DNA of 34,608 nucleotides from Deltaproteobacteria bacterium (GTDB lineage: Bacteria; Desulfobacterota; Desulfuromonadia; Desulfuromonadales; JAAYDE01): NCBI GenBank assembly GCA_017552515.1, contig JAFZPK010000163.1, positions 1-34,608 of the forward strand. Reading direction: 5' to 3'. Under the pieces are notes generated by a model. That model was not told the origin of the DNA and did no database searches. It saw only the letters and a program-made list of their open reading frames with translations. The position numbers and the translations under genes are program-made. This document shows, one piece after another, positions 7,342 to 18,101 of the stretch; position 1 is the first letter of the stretch, and each line of letters opens with the position of its first letter.

Positions 7342-9300
7342 ATGACGGTATGGGCCCGTTACCGCATTATCATAGTCGGCATGGTGTTTGTGGCGTTTTT
7401 CGCTGCGGTGATAACTCGTGCCTGCTATCTTCAGATTCTTGAGCAGAAACGTCTGCAGAACAAGGCGCAAAACCAGCATCATCGCGCAATCACCCTGATC
7501 CCCCAACGTGGCACCATCTATGACAGCCGCGGGGAGGAACTGGCCCTGAGCGTCGATGTCGATTCCGTCTATGTCAATCCCCGTCAGCTAATGGATCATT
7601 CAGTGGCCAAAGTTCTGGCCTCATATCTGTCGCTTCCCATCAAGGAAGTCCGGAGCAAGATCGAATCCGGCCGTAATTTTGTTTGGCTGAAGCGGCAGAT
7701 TTCTCCACGGGAAAGCGAAAAAGTCCGAGCTTTGAAGATTTCCGGAGTTGGTTTCGTGGCGGAAAACCGCCGGTATTACCCCAACTCCTCTGTGGGAGCG
7801 CAAGTTGTTGGCTTTACAGGTGTCGACCCAAGGGGATTGGAAGGGCTGGAACTGTTTTACGACAAGGAAATCATGGGAAAGGCCGGGCAGGTTGTGTATG
7901 GCGTGGACGCTCGTGGGCGCGGCATGGGGATGGGACGCTTTGTCGTGGAGGGCGGTCACAAGGGCAACAATCTGTGGCTGACGCTGGACAAGAATCTTCA
8001 ATATATTCTGGAAAAAGAACTGGCGCTTGGCGTCAAAGATGCCCGTGCCAAGGCGGGGAGCGCCGTGATGGTGGAAGTTGCCACCGGCAAGATTCTGGCA
8101 ATGGCCAACTATCCCACCTTCAACCCCAATGCCTTTCGTCAGTTTGATTCGTCGCGCTATCGCAACCGGGTGGTCTGCGACAGTTTTGAACCCGGTTCCA
8201 CGTTCAAGCCTTTTGTGCTGGCCGCGGCTTTTGAGGAAAAGCTTATTTCCACCGGTGAATGGATTGACTGCGAGCGTGGCCGCTATATGGTCAGCGGCAA
8301 GATTATTCATGACACGCATCCCCGCAATAAAATCCAGGTGGACGATATACTCAAGTTCAGTTCCAATATTGCTTCCGCCAAAATTGGCCGTTCCCTGGGA
8401 CGCCAACGTTTGTACCATTATCTGGGAGATTTTGGATTCGGCCGGAAAACCGGCATTGATCTCCCTGGAGAAGTGGGAGGCGTGTTGCGTTCTCCATCCA
8501 GCTGGTATGAACTGGATCTGGCCAATATTTCCTTTGGACAGGGGGTTTCGGTTACTCCCCTGCAGATTGCCATGGCTACCGCAGCGCTGGGAAACGGCGG
8601 TCTGCTGATGCGTCCCTACATCGTCGAAAAAATTGTCGATACGGAAGGCAACGTTTTAACGCAGCATTCTCCGGAAGTGGTGCGGCGTGTGGTTTCCGAG
8701 GATGTGGCGAATCTGGTCCGGACCCTGTTGCAGAAGACCTCGGAAGAGGGAGGAACGGCAACCAGAGCGGCGGTTCCCGGTTATGTTGTCGCGGGGAAAA
8801 CCGGCACCGCCCAAAAGGCGGACAAGACAAATCGCGGCTATTCCGCCGAGGATCGGGTCGGCTCCTTTGTGGGGATGGTTCCTGGCGATGCGCCGAGGAT
8901 TGTTATTCTGGTAATGATAGACGAGCCGGGAATCTCTCCATATGGCAGTGTAGTCGCAGCCCCGGTTTTCTCCAGAATCGCCGCCCAATCGTTGCCCTAT
9001 CTGCGGATTCCTCCGACCACGACGGTGGCGGCTGCTTCTCCCTCAAAAAAATCAAAGGAGGACAATGCGGATTCTTCCGATCCGGCACGCAGTGCCACGG
9101 GAGGAGGCGAAATCATTTCCGGCTACATTATGCCCGATTTGCGTGGCATGAGCGCCCGTCAGGTTCTGTGCTGGATGGAGCGGAACAAGCTGGATCTCAA
9201 TATTCGTGGCCATGGCCGGGTGGTCGATCAGTCGCCACGTGGCGGAGAGCCAATTCGCTACCAGAAACCGTGCTGGGTACGCCTGGCTGAAGATGATTGA
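7342..9300 (+). CDS. ftsI: Class B penicillin-binding protein FtsI with C-terminal PASTA domain
   Basis: RGTIYD, EPGSTFK (SxxK), SSN, GKTGTAQK; C-terminal MPDLRGMS..VVDQSP PASTA-like segment. Confidence 0.95.
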   Translation: MTVWARYRIIIVGMVFVAFFAAVITRACYLQILEQKRLQNKAQNQHHRAITLIPQRGTIYDSRGEELALSVDVDSVYVNPRQLMDHSVAKVLASYLSLPIKEVRSKIESGRNFVWLKRQISPRESEKVRALKISGVGFVAENRRYYPNSSVGAQVVGFTGVDPRGLEGLELFYDKEIMGKAGQVVYGVDARGRGMGMGRFVVEGGHKGNNLWLTLDKNLQYILEKELALGVKDARAKAGSAVMVEVATGKILAMANYPTFNPNAFRQFDSSRYRNRVVCDSFEPGSTFKPFVLAAAFEEKLISTGEWIDCERGRYMVSGKIIHDTHPRNKIQVDDILKFSSNIASAKIGRSLGRQRLYHYLGDFGFGRKTGIDLPGEVGGVLRSPSSWYELDLANISFGQGVSVTPLQIAMATAALGNGGLLMRPYIVEKIVDTEGNVLTQHSPEVVRRVVSEDVANLVRTLLQKTSEEGGTATRAAVPGYVVAGKTGTAQKADKTNRGYSAEDRVGSFVGMVPGDAPRIVILVMIDEPGISPYGSVVAAPVFSRIAAQSLPYLRIPPTTTVAAASPSKKSKEDNADSSDPARSATGGGEIISGYIMPDLRGMSARQVLCWMERNKLDLNIRGHGRVVDQSPRGGEPIRYQKPCWVRLAEDD

Positions 9301-9364
9301 CATGGTTTGCTGTTTTTTCAAAACGACCCGGATGTGACAAAAACGAAGGAGTGTACTTTCGAAA

Positions 9365-10867
9365 ATGCGCATCAATGAACTGATAGAGGTGATGAAGCCG
9401 GTTACGGTGAGTGGTCCGTCGGATGTGAATGTTGACGGCCTGTTTTACGATTCGCGCAAGGTTTTGCCGGGCGGCGCGTTTTTCGCTTTACCCGGGGCGA
9501 AAGGCGACGGTTGCGATTATGTTGACGAGGCCTTGAAACGGGGCGCGGCGGCGGTGGTCAGCGAACGCATGCTGAAGTTGCCTCCCTCTGTTGCGGGAGT
9601 GGTGGTGAAGAACGCCCGTCATGCCATGGCGATGGCGGCGCTTCAATTTTTTGGGCATCCCTTGCGGGACATGATGGTCATCGGTGTCACGGGAACCAAT
9701 GGCAAGACCACGATTTCCTATCATCTGGAAGCGGTTTTGCGCGCTGCGGGACGCAAACCGGCGGTGCTGGGAACGATCAATTACCGCTATGGGGATTGTA
9801 TTTATACGGCATCGCACACCACCCCGGAAAGTATCGATCTGTTGGCGATGATTGCGGAATTCAAGCGTCTGGGGGCTGACAGCATCGTTATGGAAGTCTC
9901 TTCACATGGTTTGGATCAGCACCGAATTGACGGTTTTGAATTTGATGTTGCGGCCTTTACCAATCTTTCTCCCGAGCATCTGGACTATCACCACGATATG
10001 GAGAGCTATTTCCAGGTCAAGAAGCGGCTGTTTACGGATTTCATCAAGGAAGGCGGTCATGCGGCGATCAATGTGGATGATGCCTATGGAGCGCGGCTGG
10101 CTGGAGAAATCGCTGCCAATACGCTGACCTGTGGAAAGCAGGGCATGGTTCGTCCCGGTGCGGTAGAAAGTTCTTTCGATGGTATTCGTGGAACGCTGGA
10201 AACGCCGCGTGGAACGATGAAACTGGAGTCACGCCTGTTCGGCTCCTACAACTTGAGCAATCTGATGGTGACGACGGCTGTGGCGCTGGCGGCGGGTCTG
10301 CCTCTGGATGCGGTATCGGAGGGCATCCGTAGCGCGTATCAGGTGCCGGGCCGGCTGGAAAAGGTGGAGAATGCACTGGGAGCCACTGTTGTCGTGGATT
10401 ATGCCCATACCCCCGATGGATTGCGTTCGGTGCTGACGGCTTTGCGCGAACTGCGCCCGGCACGGATATTGGCGGTGTTTGGTTGCGGCGGGGATCGTGA
10501 TCGAAGCAAGCGGCCGCTTATGGGGGAAGCGGTTGCACAGTTGGCGGATTTGGTGATTTTGACGTCCGACAATCCGCGAAGTGAGGATCCGCTGGCGATC
10601 CTGGAAGAAATTAAGGCGGGAGTTGTGCCACTGGGGCGGGTGGAAAGGACGCCGGAAGCCTACGCGAAAGATCCGCAGAACGGTTTTGTGGCTTTACCGG
10701 ATCGTCGTGAGGCCATCCGCTATGCGGTTTCCCTGGTTCAGGCAGGCGATGTGCTGCTGATCGCGGGAAAGGGACATGAAACGTATCAGATTGTTGGCAG
10801 CAAACGGCTTCATTTTGACGATCGCGAGGAGGCATGCGCGGCGTTGCAGGAGAGGATGACACGGTGA
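9365..10867 (+). CDS. murE: UDP-MurNAc-L-Ala-D-Glu--meso-DAP ligase
   Basis: GVTGTNGKTT, MEVSSH, VDYAHTPD, DNPR (meso-DAP specificity), AGKGHETYQ. Confidence 0.96.
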   Translation: MRINELIEVMKPVTVSGPSDVNVDGLFYDSRKVLPGGAFFALPGAKGDGCDYVDEALKRGAAAVVSERMLKLPPSVAGVVVKNARHAMAMAALQFFGHPLRDMMVIGVTGTNGKTTISYHLEAVLRAAGRKPAVLGTINYRYGDCIYTASHTTPESIDLLAMIAEFKRLGADSIVMEVSSHGLDQHRIDGFEFDVAAFTNLSPEHLDYHHDMESYFQVKKRLFTDFIKEGGHAAINVDDAYGARLAGEIAANTLTCGKQGMVRPGAVESSFDGIRGTLETPRGTMKLESRLFGSYNLSNLMVTTAVALAAGLPLDAVSEGIRSAYQVPGRLEKVENALGATVVVDYAHTPDGLRSVLTALRELRPARILAVFGCGGDRDRSKRPLMGEAVAQLADLVILTSDNPRSEDPLAILEEIKAGVVPLGRVERTPEAYAKDPQNGFVALPDRREAIRYAVSLVQAGDVLLIAGKGHETYQIVGSKRLHFDDREEACAALQERMTR

Positions 10868-12249
10868 AAACACTGGATGTCCGCAAAATTGGTCGTATTG
10901 TCGGGGGAAAAGTCAGCCGGAGTGATGTGACGACGGAAGTCACGGGGTTTTCTGTCGACAGCCGGACAATTAAGGCTGGCGATCTGTTTATCCCTTTGAG
11001 AGGAGAGCGCTTCGACGGACACGATTTTTTGCTGGAAGCGGTGAGAAGAGGCGCGGTTGCCTGCCTCTCGGAAGAACCATGCGCAGGGTTGTCGGTGCCG
11101 GTCATTATGGTGCAGAACACGCTTGTGGCCTTGGGAGATATGGCGGCTGCGGCCCGGGGCGGATTTTCTGGCCCGGTGGTGGGTGTGACCGGTTCGGCAG
11201 GAAAATCGACGACCAAGGAAATGGTGTCCGCGATTCTTTCCCTTACGGGACCAGGCCTGAAGACTGAAGGCAACCTGAACAATCTGGTAGGTTTGCCGCT
11301 GACATTGGAGCGATTGGCTCCCGAACATCAGTGGATGGTACTGGAGATGGGCACCAGCCAGTTGGGCGAAATTGCGCGTTTGACGGAGATAGCACGTCCG
11401 ACGGTTGGGGTTATCACCAATATTGGTCCCAGCCATTTGACAGGTCTGCGGGGCCTGGACGGCGTCGCCCGTGCCAAGGCTGAACTGTTTGCTGGCCTGG
11501 TGGCGGGCAGTTGGGCTGTTATCAACGCGGACGATCCGCGAGTGCTGAAGATTCCGGTGGCCAACGGCGTAGAACGGCTGTTGTTCGGGATAAGCCCGGA
11601 GGCTCAGGTGCGTGCCGAAGAGATCGGCGTGACTGCGGATGGTGTCCGTTTTCTGCTGCGTTTGCCGGATGGTGGCGCTTATCCTGTGCAGCTTCCGGTG
11701 TATGGGCGGCACAACGTGGGCAATGCTTTGGCGGCCGCTGCCGTGGCTTTCTGCCTGAAAGTACCGCCAACGCTCATTGTGAAAGGTTTGGAGCAATTTT
11801 CGCCGATGCCGGCCCGTCTGGAGCTCTGTTCTTTGCCGAAGGATGTCGTTTTGCTGGATGATACCTACAATGCCAATCCGGCTTCGGTTGCGGCAGCGCT
11901 GGAAACACTGGCGGATATGACCGTTTCCGGCAGGAGAATAGCCGTGTTGGGCGATATGCTGGAACTGGGCGAATATTCGGCGGACATGCATTTCGAGGTG
12001 GGGCAGAAGGTGGCGAAACGGGCGGATTATCTGATTCTGCTGGGCACGGAAACGGCTGCTCTCCGGGCGGGAGCCCTCCATGATGGAATGGCCGAAGAAA
12101 ATATCTGGTGTTGCGCCGATCATGAAGAGGCTGCCGCGTGCTTGTTGAAACTGGTGCAGCCGGGAGATCGCATTTTGCTGAAGGGTTCGCGGAAGATGCG
12201 TATGGAACGGATCCGCGGTCTGTTTGCCGGGCAGTGGCAGGCTGACTGA
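10864..12249 (+). CDS. murF: UDP-MurNAc-tripeptide--D-Ala-D-Ala ligase
   Basis: GERFDGHDF, GVTGSAGKSTTKE, DTYNANP, LGDMLELG, KGSR. GTG start overlaps the murE stop (GTGA). Confidence 0.96.
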   Translation: MKTLDVRKIGRIVGGKVSRSDVTTEVTGFSVDSRTIKAGDLFIPLRGERFDGHDFLLEAVRRGAVACLSEEPCAGLSVPVIMVQNTLVALGDMAAAARGGFSGPVVGVTGSAGKSTTKEMVSAILSLTGPGLKTEGNLNNLVGLPLTLERLAPEHQWMVLEMGTSQLGEIARLTEIARPTVGVITNIGPSHLTGLRGLDGVARAKAELFAGLVAGSWAVINADDPRVLKIPVANGVERLLFGISPEAQVRAEEIGVTADGVRFLLRLPDGGAYPVQLPVYGRHNVGNALAAAAVAFCLKVPPTLIVKGLEQFSPMPARLELCSLPKDVVLLDDTYNANPASVAAALETLADMTVSGRRIAVLGDMLELGEYSADMHFEVGQKVAKRADYLILLGTETAALRAGALHDGMAEENIWCCADHEEAAACLLKLVQPGDRILLKGSRKMRMERIRGLFAGQWQAD

Positions 12250-12340
12250 TTGTGAGAGCAAGAATGAAAAGAGACATTTCCGCTTTGGGCAGGAGTTAGA
12301 AATCGGAGCTGGGAAAATAAATTTCTGCGAGGAGAGAGGG

Positions 12341-12394
12341 ATGGTTGAAGAATTTGGGTTGAAAGACGCTATTTACAAGGAAAGGTGCTTCTGA
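12341..12394 (+). CDS. Possible 17-aa mini-ORF ([17 protein letters not shown]) coupled to mraY
   Basis: GAGGAGAGAGGG directly before ATG 12341. TGA stop overlaps the mraY ATG (TGATG). Confidence 0.3.
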   Translation: MVEEFGLKDAIYKERCF

Positions 12395-13470
12395 TGCTGT
12401 ACCATCTGCTCTATCCACTTCATGTCCAGTTTTCCGGTTTCCATGTTTTCCGCTATATCACGTTTCGCTCCATCTATGCGGCCATTACTGCGCTGACAAT
12501 TTCTTTCGTTGTTGGTCCTTGGCTTATTGCCAAGTTGAGGAGGCTGCAAATCGGGCAGGAGATCCGCGAGCTGGGTCCGGAAAGCCACAAGAAAAAGGCC
12601 GGGACGCCGACAATGGGCGGGGTTCTGATTTTGGCTGCCATGGTGATACCCACGCTGCTGTGGGCGGATTTGCGCAATCTGTATGTATGGCTGGTACTGT
12701 TTGTCACGGTTGGATACGGTGCGGTGGGAGCGGTGGATGACTGGCGCAAGGTGGCCAAACACAACAGCGATGGATTGTCGGCGCGCGCCAAGATGCGCTG
12801 GATGACGCTGATTGCGGCGGTGCCTGCGTTGGTTTTATTTTTTCATCCGAACTTTCAGACAACATTGGCCTTTCCATTCCTTAAAAATCTGCGCCCGGAT
12901 TTGGGATTGTTCTTTGTCGTTTTTGCGGTTTTTGTTGTCGTCGGTTCCGGCAATTCGGTCAATTTGAGTGATGGTCTGGACGGTTTGGCAATGGGTCTCG
13001 TGACCATTGCTGCTTCAGTCTATGTGCTGTTTGCCTATCTGGCCGGCAATGCGCATCTGGCTTCCTATCTGCAGCTCAGCAGCGTACCGGGCGCGGGCGA
13101 GCTGGCGGTGTTCTGTTCGGCCATGGTGGGCGCGGGGCTGGGCTTTTTGTGGTTTAACGCCTATCCAGCCCAGATCTTCATGGGTGATACGGGCAGTCTG
13201 GCTCTGGGAGGCGCCCTGGGGATGGTGGCGATTGTGGTCAAGCAGGAACTCATGCTGGCGCTGGTGGGCGGTATTTTTGTCCTGGAAGCCTTGTCTGTCA
13301 TGTTGCAGGTGACTTCCTACAAGTTGTGGAAACGGCGGATATTCAAAATGGCGCCCTTGCATCATCATTTTGAACTGATGGGAATTGCAGAGCCCAAAAT
13401 TATTGTCCGCTTCTGGATCGTCAATATCATTCTGGCCTTACTGGCAATCTCGACGCTGAAATTGAGGTGA
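12394..13470 (+). CDS. mraY: Phospho-MurNAc-pentapeptide transferase
   Basis: MLYHLLYPL start, [40 protein letters not shown]. Confidence 0.97.
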   Translation: MLYHLLYPLHVQFSGFHVFRYITFRSIYAAITALTISFVVGPWLIAKLRRLQIGQEIRELGPESHKKKAGTPTMGGVLILAAMVIPTLLWADLRNLYVWLVLFVTVGYGAVGAVDDWRKVAKHNSDGLSARAKMRWMTLIAAVPALVLFFHPNFQTTLAFPFLKNLRPDLGLFFVVFAVFVVVGSGNSVNLSDGLDGLAMGLVTIAASVYVLFAYLAGNAHLASYLQLSSVPGAGELAVFCSAMVGAGLGFLWFNAYPAQIFMGDTGSLALGGALGMVAIVVKQELMLALVGGIFVLEALSVMLQVTSYKLWKRRIFKMAPLHHHFELMGIAEPKIIVRFWIVNIILALLAISTLKLR

Positions 13471-13539
13471 CATAAAACAAGTTTTTCGGAGCTAGGTGCC
13501 AACAGAAAAAAACTTTTTCAATTGTGATGAAGAGGACAG

Positions 13540-14700
13540 ATGTCGGAACTCGGAAATATTGCTCAGCCTAAGACGGGAACACTGGCTGGAAATTTTGACA
13601 TGACCATTTTGCTGATAGTGGTGGTACTCAGCTGTCTGGGGGTGGTGATGGTCTATTCGGCCTCCGCGGTCATGGCTATGGAACAGGCTCGCTGCAATCA
13701 CGACAGTTTCTTTTTCTTCAAGAGACAGGGCGTATTCGTGACAATGGGCCTGATCGCGATGGTTGTGACGATGTTTTACGATTATCACAAGTTGCGTCCC
13801 TTCGCGATGCCGTTGTTGTTGGGCTGTATTGTGTTGCTGTCTCTGCTTTTGGTACCGGGACTGGGGCATTCGGCCAATGGATCGGTACGCTGGTTTCGGT
13901 TGGGAGGTTTTTCTTTCCAGCCTTCGGAATTGGCCAAGCTGTCGCTGATTTTGTATCTGGCGCATTCCCTGACCAAGAGGAAGGAGAAAATAGGCGGTTT
14001 TCTGCTTGGATTTTTGCCCTATACGGTGATGCTGGTTGTGTTGCTGGGGCTGATTCTGATGGAACCCGATCTGGGCAGTGCGGTCGTGGTGGGCACGGTG
14101 GGCGCCACCATCATGTTTGTGGCAGGTGTCAAGTTCCGGTATCTGCTGCTGGCGGCAATAACTGGTGGGCCGTTGCTCTATATGGCGATAGTCAGGGTAC
14201 CCTACAGACGGGAGCGCCTGCTGGCCTTCCTTAACCCCTGGGCTACTCCGGATACATCAGGCTATCAGATTATCCAGAGCCAGATTGCCTTTGACAGTGG
14301 AGGTTTCTGGGGACAGGGACTGGGACAGGGCATTCAGAAGCTGTTCTATCTCCCGGAGGCACACACCGATTTTATCTTTTCCGTTCTGGGAGAAGAACTG
14401 GGTTTTGTCGGAGTGTTGGCAGTGGCCGGGATGTTTCTGGCCTTGGTGCTTCTGGGATTGCGGGTGGCGTTGCATACTGCCGATGCTTTTGGACGTTATC
14501 TGGCGGTAGGAACAACGGTACTTGTTGGGCTGGAGGCTTTTTTGAATATTGCGGTGGTGCTGGGCATGTTGCCGCCCAAAGGCATGGCGCTGCCATTTAT
14601 TTCCTATGGCGGTTCCAGTTTGATGTGCTGTTTGTTGGCGGTGGGGCTGTTGTTAAGCGTTTCCCGCTACGGTGAGCGGGAGGTGGAGAAGAACTCGTGA
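13540..14700 (+). CDS. ftsW: SEDS peptidoglycan polymerase FtsW
   Basis: MVYSAS, RWF..FQPSELAK, EPDLG, YLPEAHTDFIF, PFISYGGSS. Confidence 0.96.
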   Translation: MSELGNIAQPKTGTLAGNFDMTILLIVVVLSCLGVVMVYSASAVMAMEQARCNHDSFFFFKRQGVFVTMGLIAMVVTMFYDYHKLRPFAMPLLLGCIVLLSLLLVPGLGHSANGSVRWFRLGGFSFQPSELAKLSLILYLAHSLTKRKEKIGGFLLGFLPYTVMLVVLLGLILMEPDLGSAVVVGTVGATIMFVAGVKFRYLLLAAITGGPLLYMAIVRVPYRRERLLAFLNPWATPDTSGYQIIQSQIAFDSGGFWGQGLGQGIQKLFYLPEAHTDFIFSVLGEELGFVGVLAVAGMFLALVLLGLRVALHTADAFGRYLAVGTTVLVGLEAFLNIAVVLGMLPPKGMALPFISYGGSSLMCCLLAVGLLLSVSRYGEREVEKNS

Positions 14701-15776
14701 AGATTGTTGTGGCCGGTGGAGGAACCGGAGGACACGTTTTCCCGGCTTTGACTGTGGCTCAGGAGTTTCGGAATGCGGGCCATGAGGTCCTGATGGTGGG
14801 TACGGCGCATGGTCTGGAGGCAACTTTGGCGCCAAAGCGCGGTTTTGAACTGGCCCTGATAGATATCCATGGTTTTACCGGGCAATCCTTGAGCTACCGC
14901 TTCGGATTTTGCCTGCTGTTGGTACGGAGTGTCTGGCAGTCCCTGCGATTGTTGCGGCGCTTTCGTCCGGATGTGGTGCTGGGTGTGGGGGGCTATGTTT
15001 CGGCTCCGGTCCTGGTGGCGGCCAGAGTACTGGGTATCCCTTATGTTCTGCATGAACAGAATGCCATTCCCGGTGCCGTAAACCGTTTGATGGGACGTTG
15101 GGCGCGTTGCGTCTGCCTGTCGTTTCCCGACGAGAGCGGGATCTTTGGACGCTCCGTTTTGACCGGCAACCCGGTGCGCGGCGATATTTTCGCCTGCCCC
15201 GAGATCCCGGGCGAACCACCCGCGCTTTTGGTGTTTGGTGGCAGTCAGGGAGCGCGTGCCCTCAATCAGGCCATGGTGGCAGCTTTGCCGTTGCTGGAGA
15301 CGTGGCGTGGCCGGTTGCGGATTCGCCATCAGACAGGCGCGGCGGATCTGGAAACAGTACGCGCCGGTTATCGGAATGCGGGCTGGGACGAAGGGAACGT
15401 GGTTCCATTTATAGACGATATGGCAGGTGCCTATGCGGAAGCACAGTTGGTACTCTGCCGTGCAGGTGCAACCACGTTGGCGGAGCTGGCCGGTTGTGGA
15501 CGGCCCGCAGTGCTGGTGCCTTTTCCATTTGCGGCCCATGATCACCAGATGAAGAACGCGCGAGCTTTGGAAAAAAGAGGTGCTGCGCTGGTTTTGCCTC
15601 AGAAGGAACTGACACCGGAACATCTGGCGGCCCTGATAGGCGAGTTGCTTGATGATCAGGCACGACTGCGGAAAATGGGCGCCGCAATCCGCGCTCTGGC
15701 GCGGCCGGATGCGGCCCAAAATATAGTACGCGAATGTTTGCGTTGTACGGAGAAAAAACGGGCAGCCGCACAATGA
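14697..15776 (+). CDS. murG: Lipid II GlcNAc transferase
   Basis: AGGGTGGHVFP, HEQNAIPG, FGGSQGA, CRAGATT, HQMKNA. Confidence 0.97.
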   Translation: MKIVVAGGGTGGHVFPALTVAQEFRNAGHEVLMVGTAHGLEATLAPKRGFELALIDIHGFTGQSLSYRFGFCLLLVRSVWQSLRLLRRFRPDVVLGVGGYVSAPVLVAARVLGIPYVLHEQNAIPGAVNRLMGRWARCVCLSFPDESGIFGRSVLTGNPVRGDIFACPEIPGEPPALLVFGGSQGARALNQAMVAALPLLETWRGRLRIRHQTGAADLETVRAGYRNAGWDEGNVVPFIDDMAGAYAEAQLVLCRAGATTLAELAGCGRPAVLVPFPFAAHDHQMKNARALEKRGAALVLPQKELTPEHLAALIGELLDDQARLRKMGAAIRALARPDAAQNIVRECLRCTEKKRAAAQ

Positions 15777-15800
15777 AAAGATAATTCGGTTGAGGACATT

Positions 15801-17174
15801 ATGTACGGTAGAATTCGCAATATTCATTTTGTGGGCATTGGCGGCATTGGCATGAGCGGGATCGCCGAATTGCTGATCAATCTTGGCTATAATGTTTCGG
15901 GGTCCGATTTGCGGGAAAGTGACATTACCCGGCGTCTGGCACAACTGGGTGGACGCATCTCGTTGGGACATTCTGGAGAGAATGTGCAGGACGCTGATGT
16001 GGTGGTGGCCTCAACTGCGGTGCGTGCCGACAATCCGGAGATAGTTGCAGCCCGGCAACGGATGATACCTGTCATTCCGCGCGCGGAGATGCTGGCCGAG
16101 TTGATGCGCATGAAGCATGGCATCGCGGTGGCCGGGGCTCATGGCAAGACGACCACCACCAGTATGATTGCGTGGGTACTTTTCAGTTGCGGCGTCGATC
16201 CGACTGCGGTCATTGGTGGACGTTTTGATGCCCTGGGGTCCAACGCCAAACTGGGGCAGGGCAATTTTCTGGTGGCGGAGGCCGATGAATCGGATGGATC
16301 GTTTTTACGGCTCAGCCCGGTTATCGCCGTGGTGACCAATATTGATGCAGAACATCTCGACTACTATCGGGATCTGGATCACATCAAGCAGAGCTTTGCC
16401 GATTTCATTAACAAGATTCCTTTTTTTGGTCTTGCAGTCCTCTGTTTTGACGATCCCAATGTCCAGTCGCTGATTCCCAAGGTGCAGAAACGGTTTACCA
16501 CCTACGGTTTCAATCCGCAGGCGGATTACTGTGCTTCCAACATTTCCGGCACCTGTTTCAACACCACCTTTACACTCTCTTTCAAAGGAGAAGAGATTTG
16601 CGAAGTGATGCTGAAAGTGCCGGGCAAGCACAATGCACTGAATGCGTTGGCTGCAATCGCGGTAGGCAGGGAATTGAATTTGCCATTTGCGGACATTGTT
16701 AACGCGCTTCAGTCGTTTTGCGGTGTGCGGCGGCGTTTTCAGCTGCGCCATGAGGGCGAAGGTATCATGGTGGTGGACGATTATGCGCATCATCCGACCG
16801 AAATTCGGGCGACATTGGCAGCGGCCCGTGCCGGTTGGGACAAACGCCTGATAGTAGTGTTTCAGCCGCATCGCTATACTCGTACCCAGGCGTTGTTCAG
16901 CGAGTTTCTGACGGCATTTTACGATGCTGACGAGTTGCTGGTGCTGGATATCTATCCCGCAGGAGAAGATCCTCTTGAGGGTGTGTCCGCGCGGCATTTG
17001 GCAGAGGGAATCCGCACCCATGGCCACAAGAATTGCCGGTTTTGCGCCTCAGGTGAAGAGGCGGTTGACATTTTGCTGCGGGATGTTGCCTCCGGCGATC
17101 TGGTACTGACTTTGGGAGCGGGCAACGTCTGGCAAACAGGTGATGCCTTTGCGCAGCGGCGCGGTTTGCCCTGA
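15801..17174 (+). CDS. murC: UDP-MurNAc--L-alanine ligase
   Basis: [49 protein letters not shown]. Confidence 0.97.
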   Translation: MYGRIRNIHFVGIGGIGMSGIAELLINLGYNVSGSDLRESDITRRLAQLGGRISLGHSGENVQDADVVVASTAVRADNPEIVAARQRMIPVIPRAEMLAELMRMKHGIAVAGAHGKTTTTSMIAWVLFSCGVDPTAVIGGRFDALGSNAKLGQGNFLVAEADESDGSFLRLSPVIAVVTNIDAEHLDYYRDLDHIKQSFADFINKIPFFGLAVLCFDDPNVQSLIPKVQKRFTTYGFNPQADYCASNISGTCFNTTFTLSFKGEEICEVMLKVPGKHNALNALAAIAVGRELNLPFADIVNALQSFCGVRRRFQLRHEGEGIMVVDDYAHHPTEIRATLAAARAGWDKRLIVVFQPHRYTRTQALFSEFLTAFYDADELLVLDIYPAGEDPLEGVSARHLAEGIRTHGHKNCRFCASGEEAVDILLRDVASGDLVLTLGAGNVWQTGDAFAQRRGLP

Positions 17175-18091
17175 TGAACGGGTTCGAGGAACGTCTGCGG
17201 CAGTTTTTCCGGGGCGAGATCAGGCTTCGGGAGCCGATGGCACGGCACACTACCTGGCAGGTGGGTGGACCGGCAGATTTCTTTCTGTTGCCCGCCGATC
17301 GCGACGATTTGCTGGCCTTGGCAGGGCTTCTTGAGGAAACCGCCACTCCATGGCTGGTACTGGGCAGGGGAAGCAACGTGCTGGTAAGCGACGCTGGAAT
17401 CGCGGGAGCGGTTATCGACACGGCGCGGCTGAACCGGCTGGATTTTCTGCCCGATGGAACAGTACGGGCTGAAGCGGGAACGGCTTTGGGGCATCTGGTG
17501 GATGAGGCTGCGCGGCGCGGTTGGGCAGGGCTGGAATATCTGGCTGGCATACCCGGCAGTGTCGGCGGTGCACTGGTCATGAACGCCGGGGTGCCGGAAC
17601 ATGAATTCGGTGATGTGGTCACGGATGCGTTGCTTGTAGGGGAGAAACGCATCATGCAGTGGCCGCTGGAACGTCTTGGCCTGCATTATCGTGGTTCAGC
17701 TCTGGATGCGGGCCATATTGTGGTGGAAGTTGGTTTGCGCCTTGTACCGGGAGATTCCGATGTTCTGCAACGCATCGTGGCGGAGATGCTGAAGCGGCGT
17801 TCGGAGAACCAGAATGTGTGTGGCGCGAATGCCGGATCGGTATTTCGCAATCCTCCTGGCGGCAAGGCATGGCGGCTGATCGACGAGGCGGGTTTTCGCG
17901 GGGTGGCGGAAGGTGGAGCAAGAGTTGCGCCGCAGCACACCAACTTCATTGTCAACGAAGGACAGGCAAGGGCTGCCGATATCCGGACGTTGATACAGCG
18001 TATCCAACGGGAAGTGGAGCGGAAGTTCAACGTCTGTTTGGAACCGGAAATTAAAATGGTGGGAAGGGATGTGGCAGACAATGGAAGATGA
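17174..18091 (+). CDS. murB: UDP-N-acetylenolpyruvoylglucosamine reductase
   Basis: HTTWQVGGPA, LGRGSN, GIPGSVGGALVMNAG, AGSVFRNP, HTNF, LEPE. Confidence 0.96.
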   Translation: MNGFEERLRQFFRGEIRLREPMARHTTWQVGGPADFFLLPADRDDLLALAGLLEETATPWLVLGRGSNVLVSDAGIAGAVIDTARLNRLDFLPDGTVRAEAGTALGHLVDEAARRGWAGLEYLAGIPGSVGGALVMNAGVPEHEFGDVVTDALLVGEKRIMQWPLERLGLHYRGSALDAGHIVVEVGLRLVPGDSDVLQRIVAEMLKRRSENQNVCGANAGSVFRNPPGGKAWRLIDEAGFRGVAEGGARVAPQHTNFIVNEGQARAADIRTLIQRIQREVERKFNVCLEPEIKMVGRDVADNGR

Positions 18092-18101
18092 AGGCAAAAC
18101 C

